A program made the translations under genes and the position numbers. From contig SVAS01000001.1 in assembly GCA_015059285.1 (NCBI GenBank), positions 327,291 to 391,290 of the forward strand: 64,000 bases of DNA. Reading direction: 5' to 3'. Numbering within the stretch: position 1 is the stretch's first letter; the number at the start of each line of letters is the position of its first letter. Source of the stretch: Bacillota bacterium. GTDB taxonomy: Bacteria; Bacillota_I; Bacilli_A; RF39; UBA660. The notes beneath the pieces are model-generated. The model was not told the origin of the DNA. It saw only the letters and a program-made list of their open reading frames with translations, and did no database searches. This document shows positions 49,703-59,477 of this stretch, piece by piece.

Positions 49703-49894
49703 ATGACAATCTATGAAATTAAAATTGAAATGATGAAAGCTAATATTAAACAATATGAGGTTGCTGAAAAGCTAGGTTATAGTGAAACGGTTTTCTCTAA
49801 AAAGTTAAGAAAAGGGCTTTCAAAAGAAGAATTGGAAAAGGTTTTAATGATTATAAAGGATGCGAAAGGAAGTGTTAAAAATGGCGAGAATTAG
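49703..49894 (+). CDS. Small Cro/XRE-like HTH regulator
   Basis: MTIYEIKIEMMKANIKQYEVAEKLGYSETVFSKKLRKG HTH. ATG after AAAGGAAG, the same RBS-start cassette as the next gene. Confidence 0.55.
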   Translation: MTIYEIKIEMMKANIKQYEVAEKLGYSETVFSKKLRKGLSKEELEKVLMIIKDAKGSVKNGEN

Positions 49895-50096
49895 AACATT
49901 AAAAAAAGCAATTATCGAGTTAAAACAAGATGACCCAAATTGTGATTTAACATATTCAGCTTTAAGGAAAATGGTATTGGCTAAAAAAGTGCCTTTTGCT
50001 ATGAGTGGCACAAAATACTTGGTTGATGTAGATATTATTAAAGATGCCATTTTTAACATAAAAGAGGTGGCTACAAATGGAATTGAAAGAATTTAA
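49881..50096 (+). CDS. xis: Excisionase-family (MerR-like winged HTH) DNA-binding protein
   Basis: ..LTYSALRKMVLAKKVPFAMSGTKYLVDVDII.. resembles Xis/AlpA-type excisionases. Start trimmed to MARIRTLKK. Confidence 0.55.
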   Translation: MARIRTLKKAIIELKQDDPNCDLTYSALRKMVLAKKVPFAMSGTKYLVDVDIIKDAIFNIKEVATNGIERI

Positions 50097-51501
50097 TAAT
50101 ATTGAAAACGAAAGAATAAGACTAATATTAAATATATTAGATGATTACCCTAAATATATTGATGAAAATAACATCCCGTATATATTTATTGGAAATAATA
50201 GTTATACTTTAAATAGCACCGAATTTAAGCAAGAATTACAAAGTATATGTTTTGATAATAATATCAACTATACTACTACTCTAATAAATAAAGTGGTTGG
50301 CATATTGAGTAGTAAAATAAGAAAAGATGCTAATAAATTAGAATTAGATTATAGAATAACAAAAGATATTAACGGCGATTTTCTTTATCAGCTTACAAAA
50401 GATGAAATGGTTGTCATAAATGAAAATGGGTATAAAATAGCACCTATTTTGAAACCAACTTTTAAAGTAGATAATACTTTTACTAATCAAGTGAAACCAA
50501 GCAACAAACCAAGTATGAAAAGAATTTTAGATATATTAAATTTAAGTGATGATGATAAAAAGTTATTACAAGTAATTATTATAACTTTATTTGTACCAGA
50601 CATTCAAAAAATATCTTTAGTTTTTGCATCTCCAACTGGAACTGGAAAATCAACTATAACTGATATTATAAAAAGAATTATTGACCCAGCACCTAATAAA
50701 AAAGCTAAAGCACCAAAAAGTTTAAATGAATTAGAACAAATAATATCTAAATCATATTTACCGTGTTTTGATAATATAGATTATATTTCAACCGAGCAAT
50801 CAAATGTTCTTTGTAGAGCAATTACTGGCGATACTCATATAAAATATGAAAAAAATAAAACTATCGCATCATCATATACTAGACCAATAATACTAAATGG
50901 TATTAAATGTCCCGTATATAAAGAAGATTTAATCGATAGATTACTTATAATTGAACCTCCAAAAATAAGTACTCCACTAACTAGAGAAGAAATTGACAAA
51001 ATAATTGATGAAGAATTACCAAATGTTTTAGCTTATATTTTTAATACTTTAGCAAAAGCAAAAGAAATATACAAAGATTTAAAAATTGATGTTGCTGATA
51101 GAATGGCTGATAGTTATAAATGGGCTTATGCCATTGCTGAAGCTATCGAGTATGGTAGTGGTTGGATGTTTGATAGTTTGTTTAGAAAAAATCGTGCTAA
51201 ACAAAATGAAATTATTATCAATAATAACTATTCGGCTTTAGCTTTATGTGATTATATTAAAAATGGTGGTTTATTCGTTGGAGAAACCAAAGAAATGACT
51301 TCAACTGAACTATTTAATATATTATCATCAGTAGCCCGAGAAAACGGCTATATAAAGCATTTTAGAGGCGATATAACTTGGTTTATTAAAGATTTAAAAA
51401 GTCTTGTAAATATACTTGAAAAAGAGGGCATCGTTCTTGAATTTCCCCGAAGAGCCAATGCTAACTATGTAAAAATCACAAAAACACCACCAAAGGAATG
51501 A
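50077..51501 (+). CDS. Replication initiator: P4/D5-type primase-helicase-like NTPase
   Basis: Walker A FASPTGTGKSTITDII; the DNID...ITGD...... region is consistent with a D5_N/primase C-terminal (PriCT) NTPase; 474 aa. Confidence 0.55.
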   Translation: MELKEFNNIENERIRLILNILDDYPKYIDENNIPYIFIGNNSYTLNSTEFKQELQSICFDNNINYTTTLINKVVGILSSKIRKDANKLELDYRITKDINGDFLYQLTKDEMVVINENGYKIAPILKPTFKVDNTFTNQVKPSNKPSMKRILDILNLSDDDKKLLQVIIITLFVPDIQKISLVFASPTGTGKSTITDIIKRIIDPAPNKKAKAPKSLNELEQIISKSYLPCFDNIDYISTEQSNVLCRAITGDTHIKYEKNKTIASSYTRPIILNGIKCPVYKEDLIDRLLIIEPPKISTPLTREEIDKIIDEELPNVLAYIFNTLAKAKEIYKDLKIDVADRMADSYKWAYAIAEAIEYGSGWMFDSLFRKNRAKQNEIIINNNYSALALCDYIKNGGLFVGETKEMTSTELFNILSSVARENGYIKHFRGDITWFIKDLKSLVNILEKEGIVLEFPRRANANYVKITKTPPKE

Positions 51502-51507
51502 TGAAAA

Positions 51508-51891
51508 ATGTATGATTATGTAGAGAATTTTAAAAAATTAAATGATAAACAGCAACAAGCTATAATATTGCTTTTAATTGGAGATAATAACAAAACCGTA
51601 GCATCTAAAGTTGGAGTTGATGAAAATACTGTTTATAGGTGGAGAAATAGCGAACCATTTAAAAGTATATTGGTTGAAATGAGATTACAAGCCGTTGAAA
51701 GTTTAGAGTTAAAATTGAATAGTTTAGGAAATAAAGCGATAGATAAATTATTATATATATTAGAAAATGCCGAAAATGAAAACAACCAATTAAAAGCATC
51801 AACTTTTATTCTTGATAAAACATTACAATATAATCAATTAGAAATACTTAAAAGATTAGATAATATCGAGGAGCGATTAAAAAATGAATAA
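51508..51891 (+). CDS. HTH protein, candidate small terminase subunit / packaging-redirecting factor of the satellite
   Basis: N-terminal HTH (..VASKVGVDENTVYRWRNSEPFKS..) followed by a coiled coil, as in PICI/phage TerS proteins. Confidence 0.4.
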   Translation: MYDYVENFKKLNDKQQQAIILLLIGDNNKTVASKVGVDENTVYRWRNSEPFKSILVEMRLQAVESLELKLNSLGNKAIDKLLYILENAENENNQLKASTFILDKTLQYNQLEILKRLDNIEERLKNE

Positions 51892-52111
51892 TATAGAAAG
51901 AAGATTAAAAAATATTGAAACTATATTGCAAAAGAAATTTAATCATCACGGAGCATTTGTTATATTGGTTGAAAATGGCAAATATAAAATTTTAAATAAA
52001 GAAGTTAAAAAACAAATATTTGATAGTAAAAAAGAATTGGAAGATTATATATATGAAAAATATGATTGTGAGAAGTATGTTTTTATTATTATTGATACAT
52101 CTAAAATATAA
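51884..52111 (+). CDS. Hypothetical small protein
   Basis: 75-aa ORF overlapping the upstream stop; no family recognised. Confidence 0.35.
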   Translation: MNNIERRLKNIETILQKKFNHHGAFVILVENGKYKILNKEVKKQIFDSKKELEDYIYEKYDCEKYVFIIIDTSKI

Positions 52112-52297
52112 AAAAAGAATTAAATACTTTTATTTGTAAATTTCTAAATGGAACTATGGAGCAAATGGAAGTATTTTTTTGTTGTCTTGAAAATTTATTA
52201 TTTTACAAAAAAACTAACTTTTTGATTAAATGTTGCCCCAAAAGTTGCCCCCAAGCATAAAAAAAAGAATACCTTTCAGTATTCTAAAATTTCAAAT

Positions 52298-52374
52298 TGG
52301 TAGCGAGAGAGGGACTTGAACCCCCGACTTTTCGGGTATGAACCGAACGTTCTAGCCAACTGAACTATCTCGCC
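52298..52374 (-). tRNA. tRNA with CAT anticodon (Met / fMet / lysidine-modified Ile2 type), 77 nt with encoded CCA
   Basis: Reverse complement GGCGAGATAGTTCAGTTGGCTAGAACGTTCGGTTCATACCCGAAAAGTCGGGGGTTCAAGTCCCTCTCTCGCTACCA folds as a cloverleaf: D-arm AGTTCAGTTGG, anticodon loop TTCATAC, T-loop GGTTCAAGTCC. Confidence 0.85.
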
Positions 52375-52395
52375 ATAACTGGCTGTTTAACTCAC

Positions 52396-52445
52396 TGGTC
52401 GCACGGGTATGAACCGATTGCTCTAGCCAACTGAGCTACATCGCC
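52396..52445 (-). pseudogene. Truncated tRNA-Met(CAT) gene: intact 5' half through the anticodon loop, then joined to ...CCGTGCGACCA with no T-arm. Right boundary of the integrated element.
   Basis: Reverse complement GGCGATGTAGCTCAGTTGGCTAGAGCAATCGGTTCATACCCGTGCGACCA is only 50 nt. Its 5' acceptor and anticodon-stem strands pair with the fragment at 46002-46047. Confidence 0.6.
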
Positions 52446-52524
52446 AAAAAAAGAACAATATAATAATATCATAATTGTCGCGTTTTAGCAAGACTTTTTT
52501 TAAGTTTTTATTATAAAATTATAT

Positions 52525-53382
52525 TTAATCTTTTTTATTCATCATATTATAACTTTTTAAAGTATTATTTAAAAGGATAGCTATTGTCACAGGTCCTACT
52601 CCACCTGGCACCGGAGTAATATATGAAACTTTATCTAATACATCGTTAAAATTAACATCCCCATATAGTTTATTATCAATTTTGTTAATGCCAACATCAA
52701 TAATAATTGCCCCATTTTTTACCATTTCTGAGCATATTAAATGCTTTTTACCAGCCACGACTATAAGTATATCTGCTTTGGTTGTAAATCGCTTTAAATC
52801 AACTGTTTTTGAGTGACAAACAACAACAGTAGCATTTTCTTTTAATAACATGTGAATTAATGGTTTTCCTACTAATGTAGACCTACCTACAATAGTAACA
52901 CATTTACCTTCTAATTTAATGTTATATGCTTTTAATAACTCTATAATACCAGCTGGTGTACATGAAGTTAGACATTCTTCATCATTAAATAGTTTTCCCA
53001 AATTAATAGTAGTTAATCCATCTACATCTTTGATAGGAACGATATGATTTATAATTTTATTAGAGTTTAAGTGGTGTGGTAATGGTAACTGAACAATAAT
53101 TCCGTTAACTGTATTATCTTTATTTAATTTTTCTATCGTTTTTATTATTTCTTGTTCATTAATGGTTTCTTCAAAATGAATATGGTTAAAATTCATACCT
53201 ACATTAATAGCAGCATTTTTTTTATTTTTAACATATACATTACTAGCTTCATTATTACCAACTTGAATTACTACTAAAGTTGGTTTTACATCGAGATTTT
53301 GAATTTTTTCTTTTATCTTTTCTTTAATTTTAGAACTTATTAATTTACCATCAATAATTTTATTCATATTTAACACCTTCAT
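52525..53382 (-). CDS. folD: Bifunctional methylenetetrahydrofolate dehydrogenase/cyclohydrolase
   Basis: ..[22 protein letters not shown].. and ..[13 protein letters not shown].. FolD signatures; 285 aa. Confidence 0.9.
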   Translation of the reverse strand: MKVLNMNKIIDGKLISSKIKEKIKEKIQNLDVKPTLVVIQVGNNEASNVYVKNKKNAAINVGMNFNHIHFEETINEQEIIKTIEKLNKDNTVNGIIVQLPLPHHLNSNKIINHIVPIKDVDGLTTINLGKLFNDEECLTSCTPAGIIELLKAYNIKLEGKCVTIVGRSTLVGKPLIHMLLKENATVVVCHSKTVDLKRFTTKADILIVVAGKKHLICSEMVKNGAIIIDVGINKIDNKLYGDVNFNDVLDKVSYITPVPGGVGPVTIAILLNNTLKSYNMMNKKD

Positions 53383-54595
53383 ATAATGGAAATTTGGAAG
53401 TTATATCTTCAACTTCTCTTTTTAATTCATTTAAAATATCTTTATTTTTACTATTTTTTAAAGCTTTAGATATTATTAATCCAATTTTAATAAAATCTTT
53501 TTCTTTTAGTCCTCTACTAGTCATAGCAGGGCTTCCTAAACGAATACCGCTTGTTTTAAATGGGTTTTCTAAATCATTTGGTATCATATTTTTATTACAA
53601 GTAATATTAATTTGTTCTAAAATGGTTTCAGCATCTTTTCCAGTTAGGTTAACACTAGTAACATCTACTAGTATTAAATGATTATCAGTACCATCTGATA
53701 TTATTTTAAAACCTTCGTTCATTAAAGTACTTGATAGAGCTTTTATATTTTTTAATACTTGATTTTGATAACTTTTAAAACTTGGATTCAAAGCCTCATA
53801 AAAACACTCTGCTTTAGCAGCAATAACATGCATTAAAGGTCCGCCTTGGATACCAGGAAATATTGTTTTATTAATTTTAGTTATTATTTCTTCATTATTA
53901 GTTAGAATTAAACCACCTCTAGGACCTCTTAAGGTTTTATGTGTAGTTGAAGTTACTATATCAGCATATGGGAATGGTGATGGGTGAAAATTAGTTGCTA
54001 CTAAACCTGCTATATGAGCTATATCAACCATTAAAATAGCACCACAACTATCAGCAGCTTCTCTAAATTTTTTAAAATCAATTATACGTGAATACGCACT
54101 AGCGCCCGCTATAATCATTTTTGGCTTTTCTTTTTTAGCAGTTTCTATCAATTTATCATAATCAATTAAACCCGTATTTATATCAACGTCATAAGAAATA
54201 ACATTATATTCTAAACCACTAAAATTAATTTTATGACCGTGAGTTAAATGACCACCATGATCTAAATTCATACCCATAACTTTGTCCCCTGGTTTTAATA
54301 ATGCTTTATATACTGCCATATTAGCACTACTACCGCTATGAGGTTGTACATTAGCATATTTACAGTTAAATAGCTTACAAACATAAGAAATAGCTAAACT
54401 TTCTATTTCATCAACATTAGAGCATCCTCCATAATATCGTTTATTTGGATAACCTTCAGCATATTTGTTAGTTAATATACTCCCTTGTAATTTAAGAATA
54501 TCTTCACTTACAAAATTTTCAGAAGCAATTAATTCTATATTATTTTGTTGCCTTTTAAGTTCATTTTTTAAAGCATTTAATATTTTATTATCCAT
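53360..54595 (-). CDS. glyA: Serine hydroxymethyltransferase
   Basis: ..[16 protein letters not shown].. and PLP-lysine region ..[18 protein letters not shown]..; 411 aa. Confidence 0.92.
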   Translation of the reverse strand: MDNKILNALKNELKRQQNNIELIASENFVSEDILKLQGSILTNKYAEGYPNKRYYGGCSNVDEIESLAISYVCKLFNCKYANVQPHSGSSANMAVYKALLKPGDKVMGMNLDHGGHLTHGHKINFSGLEYNVISYDVDINTGLIDYDKLIETAKKEKPKMIIAGASAYSRIIDFKKFREAADSCGAILMVDIAHIAGLVATNFHPSPFPYADIVTSTTHKTLRGPRGGLILTNNEEIITKINKTIFPGIQGGPLMHVIAAKAECFYEALNPSFKSYQNQVLKNIKALSSTLMNEGFKIISDGTDNHLILVDVTSVNLTGKDAETILEQINITCNKNMIPNDLENPFKTSGIRLGSPAMTSRGLKEKDFIKIGLIISKALKNSKNKDILNELKREVEDITSKFPLYEGVKYE

Positions 54596-54658
54596 TGAAT
54601 CACCTCTTAAATTATTATAACATTTAAACTAAAAAAAACGGAGTAAATCCGTCTTAAA

Positions 54659-55198
54659 TTAATAATTTTGTTTACGTACTTCAAAATATGCTTTTGGATG
54701 AGCACATACAGGACATAATTCCGGAGCGTTTTCTCCATAATGTATATGCCCACAATTACGACAAATCCACATTGTAGGAACATCTTTTTTAAATACCGTA
54801 TCATTTTCAATATTAGCAACTAATGCTTTATATCTTTCTTCGTGTTCTTTTTCTATTTTAGCAACTTCAGCAAATAGATATGCAATATGGTCAAAACCTT
54901 CTTCTTTAGCAGTTTCAGCAAATGATGCATACATATCTGTCCATTCGTAGTTTTCACCAGCAGCAGCATCTTTTAAATTTTCTAAAGTTGATGGAACACT
55001 CCCACCATGCAATTCTTTGAACCACATTTTAGCATGTTCTTTTTCATTATCAGCAGTTTCAGAAAATATTGCTGCTATTTGTTCAAAACCTTCTTTTTTA
55101 GCTTTAGAAGCATAATAAGTATATTTATTTCTAGCTTGACTTTCACCAGCGAAAGCAGCCATTAAATTTTTTTCTGTTTTAGATCCTTTTAATTCCAT
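54659..55198 (-). CDS. rbr: Rubrerythrin (ferritin-like diiron domain plus C-terminal rubredoxin-like Cys4)
   Basis: [10 protein letters not shown] / E.EH. diiron motifs and C-terminal [20 protein letters not shown]. Confidence 0.88.
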   Translation of the reverse strand: MELKGSKTEKNLMAAFAGESQARNKYTYYASKAKKEGFEQIAAIFSETADNEKEHAKMWFKELHGGSVPSTLENLKDAAAGENYEWTDMYASFAETAKEEGFDHIAYLFAEVAKIEKEHEERYKALVANIENDTVFKKDVPTMWICRNCGHIHYGENAPELCPVCAHPKAYFEVRKQNY

Positions 55199-55265
55199 TT
55201 TATCAATTCCTTTCTTAATCTATATAATTAAATTGTATAAAAATTAGTATATTTTGTCAATATTG

Positions 55266-56375
55266 TTATTTTTTAAATTTTTCAATAATGGCATCAACAA
55301 TTCTTTTACTAGCGTGTCCATCTCCATAAGGATTACTTGCTTTGCTCATTTGATTATATACATCTTTATCAGATAATAATTCTTTTGTAAGTTCATATAT
55401 TTTTTCTTCATCAGTACCTGATAACTTAAGAGTTCCTGCTTCTATTCCTTCAGGTCTTTCTGTAGTATCTCTAAGAACTATTACTGGTTTTCCAAGTGAA
55501 GGAGCTTCTTCTTGAATACCACCGCTATCAGTTAATATGATATATGATTTATTTTGAAAATTATGAAAGTCAAATACTTCTAATGGTTCAATTAATTTAA
55601 CTTTGTCTGAACCATTTAACACTTCATTAGCAATTGCTCTAACTTTCGGATTTAAATGAATTGGATATACAACTTTTACATCTTCAAATTCATCAACTAT
55701 TCTTTTAACAGCTTTGAAAATATTATACATAGGTTCACCAAGATTTTCTCTTCTGTGAGCAGTTAAAAGTATCATTCTGCTATCTCCAACCCAATCTAGT
55801 ACTTCATGTTTATAATTATCATCAACTGTCGTTTTCATAGCATCAATAACTGTATTACCAGTTATATATATTTTTTCTTCACTTTTACCTTCATTTATAA
55901 GATTTGTTGCACTTAATTTAGTAGGCGCAAAAAACATATCAGTCATACAGTCTACCATTTGTCTATTCATTTCTTCTGGATATGGAGAGTATTTATTATG
56001 TGTTCTAAGACCTGCTTCAACATGACCAATTGCTACTTGGTTATAAAAAGCAGCAAGACCACCTACAAAAGTTGTAGTAGTATCACCATGTACTAAAACA
56101 ATATCAGGTTTAACTTCTTTAATAACATTATCTAAACCAATTAAAGCATTGCATGTTATTTCTCCTAATGTTTGATTTTGTTTCATAATATTTAAATCAT
56201 AATCAGCTTTAATATTAAATGTAGTCATTACTTGATCTAACATTTCCCTGTGTTGTGCTGTTACACATACAATTGACTCTATTTCTTCTCTTTTTTCTAA
56301 TTCTTGAACAAGAGGAGCCATTTTAATAGCTTCTGGTCTTGTTCCAAATACAGTCATAACTTTAATCTTATTCAT
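55266..56375 (-). CDS. wecB: UDP-N-acetylglucosamine 2-epimerase (non-hydrolysing), WecB/MnaA type
   Basis: MNKIKVMTVFGTRPEAIKMAPLV N-terminus and ..HVEAGLRT.. catalytic region. Start trimmed from the longer ORF. Confidence 0.85.
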   Translation of the reverse strand: MNKIKVMTVFGTRPEAIKMAPLVQELEKREEIESIVCVTAQHREMLDQVMTTFNIKADYDLNIMKQNQTLGEITCNALIGLDNVIKEVKPDIVLVHGDTTTTFVGGLAAFYNQVAIGHVEAGLRTHNKYSPYPEEMNRQMVDCMTDMFFAPTKLSATNLINEGKSEEKIYITGNTVIDAMKTTVDDNYKHEVLDWVGDSRMILLTAHRRENLGEPMYNIFKAVKRIVDEFEDVKVVYPIHLNPKVRAIANEVLNGSDKVKLIEPLEVFDFHNFQNKSYIILTDSGGIQEEAPSLGKPVIVLRDTTERPEGIEAGTLKLSGTDEEKIYELTKELLSDKDVYNQMSKASNPYGDGHASKRIVDAIIEKFKK

Positions 56376-57132
56376 TTGGCACCTTATTAAATTTTTTATA
56401 TATTTTATGAATAAAAGAAGAAATTTTATCGCCAAACACTCTATTAATAAATCTATATATTCTTAATTTAAATTTAGCAGATGGTTTTAACCAAGATGCA
56501 GCAAAATGATGAATACAATAAGTATTCTTTGTAATATGAATTTTATTTGTCAAATGATCTTTAGGACAAAAATAATCTTTTGGATAAAAAGTTACATCTT
56601 TAAAATCTTGAAATGAATTTTTTTCTTTTAACGGAAACATTTCTTTAGTTATATTTGTTATAGTTACTACATTAGTTGTATAGTCAAAAGAACCATCTTC
56701 TAATACGAAATGTCTATTATCATAATATTTTAATTGTTCTGTAACCCAACGTCCATTTTTTTCTGAAGCAATTATTCCAGTTGGAATTTGAGTATCATTT
56801 TCAAACCCAGAAAATGCTTTTAAATTTAAAAATTCATCTAAATTTTTTATTACTTCAACATCAGTGTCCATATATATTCCGCCATATTCTTTCAAAACAT
56901 ATAAACGAACATAATCTGTTATAAAAGCCCACTTTTTATTTTCATAAGCTTCTTTTACATATGAATTAGAATTTAAATCAAAGTTAGTTTCATCCCATCT
57001 TTTAATCTCGTAATCTGGTAAATACTTTTTCCAAGAATCGATACATTTAACAGCTAATTCTGGTAATTCTTTACCACCAAACCAACAATAATGTATTATT
57101 TTGGGTATATTAGTTTTTTTCATTTTTATCAC
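56368..57132 (-). CDS. Glycosyltransferase family 32-like (Gly_transf_sug, DXD-motif sugar transferase)
   Basis: IIHYCWFGG....W.K.LPDYEI..W N-terminus and YMDTD (DxD) motif; paralog of the 62015-62779 gene. Confidence 0.65.
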   Translation of the reverse strand: MIKMKKTNIPKIIHYCWFGGKELPELAVKCIDSWKKYLPDYEIKRWDETNFDLNSNSYVKEAYENKKWAFITDYVRLYVLKEYGGIYMDTDVEVIKNLDEFLNLKAFSGFENDTQIPTGIIASEKNGRWVTEQLKYYDNRHFVLEDGSFDYTTNVVTITNITKEMFPLKEKNSFQDFKDVTFYPKDYFCPKDHLTNKIHITKNTYCIHHFAASWLKPSAKFKLRIYRFINRVFGDKISSFIHKIYKKFNKVPNE

Positions 57133-58381
57133 TTGTTCCTTTCTTAAAAATACTAAATATTAATGGTATGTAACAAATAGTTCTAAAAATCATGGTAATT
57201 AAATAACTATAGATACCTCCACTCAAACCCAATTTAGGTACTAAAACATTAGAAATGACATAAGCAAATATTGAACATAATACAGCAATGACAAGTTGTA
57301 TTTTTATTTTTCTAAATGCTATTAAAATTTGACCTAAAATAGTAACAAAAGTATATAAAATAGCCCCAACTATTACTATTAATAATTCAGTTTTATATTT
57401 TGTAAAACTTAAACCATAAATTATACCTAAAGCCCATGTTCCTAAAAAATATGAAGCAATTAATGCTAAAACACCAAACAATAATAAATAGCAAATAACT
57501 TTTGTTATCATTGATTTTAATTCATTATTTTTTCTTTTTTCGTACTTTTCTGCAACGTCTACTAATATTGGATTTATAATAAACCCACCAATTAAAAGCA
57601 TTAAAGTAGCCGGCATAATAAGCATATTAAATATTGCTTGTATATCATTTGTTAAATAAGTATCTATTGCATATTTAGGAGCATTTATTAAATAAGTTGA
57701 GAAAAAAGTAAACCCACAAATATAAAAATTAACTTCTAATAGTGCTATAATTTCTTTTTTATCAAATTTTAAATGCCATGTTTCTAATTTTTCCGCTTTT
57801 TTTCTTTCAATACAAAATAGAAATATTGTATTATTTAAAGTTATTAGTAAAACTGTTACAATTAAGTTTTTAATAAATATAATACCTATACAAAACAAAA
57901 TTATATTAATAATTGATTTTATAAATTGATATTGTCCAACTTTATATAATTTTTTACGTTTTTGTAATATACCATAATAAACATCGCTTAATTCTTCTAA
58001 AAATTTAAATATGCATAGAATTAAAATAATTAATGTTTTTTCTATATTATAATTTTTAATTAGTGCAAAAATAATTACTAATAAATAACTTAATAGTACA
58101 GTTATATAACGTGTGATAATGTATGTTGATGTTTTGATTTCACCTTTAGTATCTGTAACCTGAAAAGTTCTACCGCCAAATGAAGCTAGTGTAACAATCA
58201 TACATGCAAATGAAAATGCAAACGAAAATATTCCTACATCGTTTAAATTACAAAATCTAGACATTATTACTGTATAAATTAATGAGGTCGCAGAAATTGT
58301 TAAAGCTCCGACAGTATTCCAAATGTAATCTTTTTTTAAACTATTTGTTTTCATAATTTTTAATTCCTGTCTTGATATCAT
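57110..58381 (-). CDS. wzx: Polysaccharide flippase, Wzx-like (MOP superfamily)
   Basis: 423 aa with about 12 predicted TM segments and the PST/Wzx-type N-terminal hydrophobic pattern; located in a glycan cluster. Confidence 0.6.
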   Translation of the reverse strand: MISRQELKIMKTNSLKKDYIWNTVGALTISATSLIYTVIMSRFCNLNDVGIFSFAFSFACMIVTLASFGGRTFQVTDTKGEIKTSTYIITRYITVLLSYLLVIIFALIKNYNIEKTLIILILCIFKFLEELSDVYYGILQKRKKLYKVGQYQFIKSIINIILFCIGIIFIKNLIVTVLLITLNNTIFLFCIERKKAEKLETWHLKFDKKEIIALLEVNFYICGFTFFSTYLINAPKYAIDTYLTNDIQAIFNMLIMPATLMLLIGGFIINPILVDVAEKYEKRKNNELKSMITKVICYLLLFGVLALIASYFLGTWALGIIYGLSFTKYKTELLIVIVGAILYTFVTILGQILIAFRKIKIQLVIAVLCSIFAYVISNVLVPKLGLSGGIYSYLITMIFRTICYIPLIFSIFKKGTSDKNEKN

Positions 58382-59477
58382 TTATAATTTTCTCAGATGT
58401 TTTATCCCATACGAACGTATCTAAAATAGTTCTTTTTAAATTTTTGGCATATTTATTTCTTGATTTAGGATTATCAATCAATGTTTTTAAAGCGTTAGTT
58501 AATTCTTCTTCACTATTTACCATTAAACCGTTTTCTTCATGAATAACAATTTCTTTATTTCCACCTTGGGGTGAAGAAATAACGGCACATTCCATTAATC
58601 CAGCTTCTAAAACACTTGTAGGAAGCCCTTCCGGCCAATTTGGAGCATACACAAAAATGTCTGTTTTGGTATATAGTTCACAAAGAGTATTAAAATCTAA
58701 TTTACCATAGAAAATAATACGTTCATTATTATTTTCTTTTTTTAAACTTTCTAATAAATTACCATCTCCTGCAATATGAAGGTAAATGTTATCGTAATTT
58801 TTACTTAATTTATTAAAACTATTAATTAATTCATTAATTCCTTTTTGTTTCAAAATTCTACCTGCGTAACAGATATTTATTTTGTCTTTTTCTTTTTCAA
58901 TTTTATAATTACTTGAAAAATCATTTATAGAATTATACCAAACACCATTAGAATTTATTTTAAAATGTTTTTGCCAATTACAAGCTTCTTTTGATACACC
59001 ATAATAATAATTAACAAATCTTTTTATGTAACTCGTTAAAACGTGTTCATATATTGCACCAAAATAATCTAATACTTTATTATCTACAGTTAAGTGTTCA
59101 GAACCATGTTCAATTAAAAATACTGGAATATTATGTTTTTTTCCGTATTTGGCACCCACTAAGGATGTTAAATGAAATCTAGTGTTTACAATAATAGCAT
59201 CTATATTAAATTGTTCTAATTTTTTTAAAACTTCTCTGTAATCTTTGTTAAGGTTTGGGATTGGATATCTTGAAACAAATAATTTATGAACTGGAATTTT
59301 TAAAAAAATAATTCCATCTTTTTCTTCATAATAGTTTTTATCAAATTGATAATCTGAACTAATAATAATTACTTTATAACCTTTATTAATAAGTTTTTTT
59401 GAAAGATTATCAGTATATCTTTCAATACCACCTAAATGAGGAAGATGATATCCAGAGAAAATTGCAATTGTTTTCAT
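58341..59477 (-). CDS. Glycosyltransferase family 4 (GT-B)
   Basis: MKTIAIFSGYHLPHLGGIERYTDNLSK N-terminus and E...EGLPTSVLEAGLMECAVISS C-terminal motif. Confidence 0.7.
   Translation of the reverse strand: MKTIAIFSGYHLPHLGGIERYTDNLSKKLINKGYKVIIISSDYQFDKNYYEEKDGIIFLKIPVHKLFVSRYPIPNLNKDYREVLKKLEQFNIDAIIVNTRFHLTSLVGAKYGKKHNIPVFLIEHGSEHLTVDNKVLDYFGAIYEHVLTSYIKRFVNYYYGVSKEACNWQKHFKINSNGVWYNSINDFSSNYKIEKEKDKINICYAGRILKQKGINELINSFNKLSKNYDNIYLHIAGDGNLLESLKKENNNERIIFYGKLDFNTLCELYTKTDIFVYAPNWPEGLPTSVLEAGLMECAVISSPQGGNKEIVIHEENGLMVNSEEELTNALKTLIDNPKSRNKYAKNLKRTILDTFVWDKTSEKIINDIKTGIKNYENK

Larger units (their letters stand above)
46048..52395. mobile_element. Integrated phage-satellite/PICI-like element of about 6.4 kb inserted into a tRNA-Met gene. 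Gene order: int - candidate repressor | cro-like - xis-like - primase/NTPase - terS-like, with no capsid genes.
   Basis: Bounded by the two halves of one tRNA-CAT gene. Tyrosine integrase; divergent regulatory pair; P4/D5-type NTPase; small HTH terS-like gene; no structural-module genes. Confidence 0.65.

Noticed and set aside
46037-52414. The 11-bp direct repeat CGGGTATGAAC at 46037, 52333 and 52404 as a dedicated att core
   Set aside because: The string is simply the conserved CAT anticodon loop/stem shared by any Met-type tRNA. By itself it does not prove site-specific duplication. The element boundary argument rests instead on the complementarity of the two tRNA halves.
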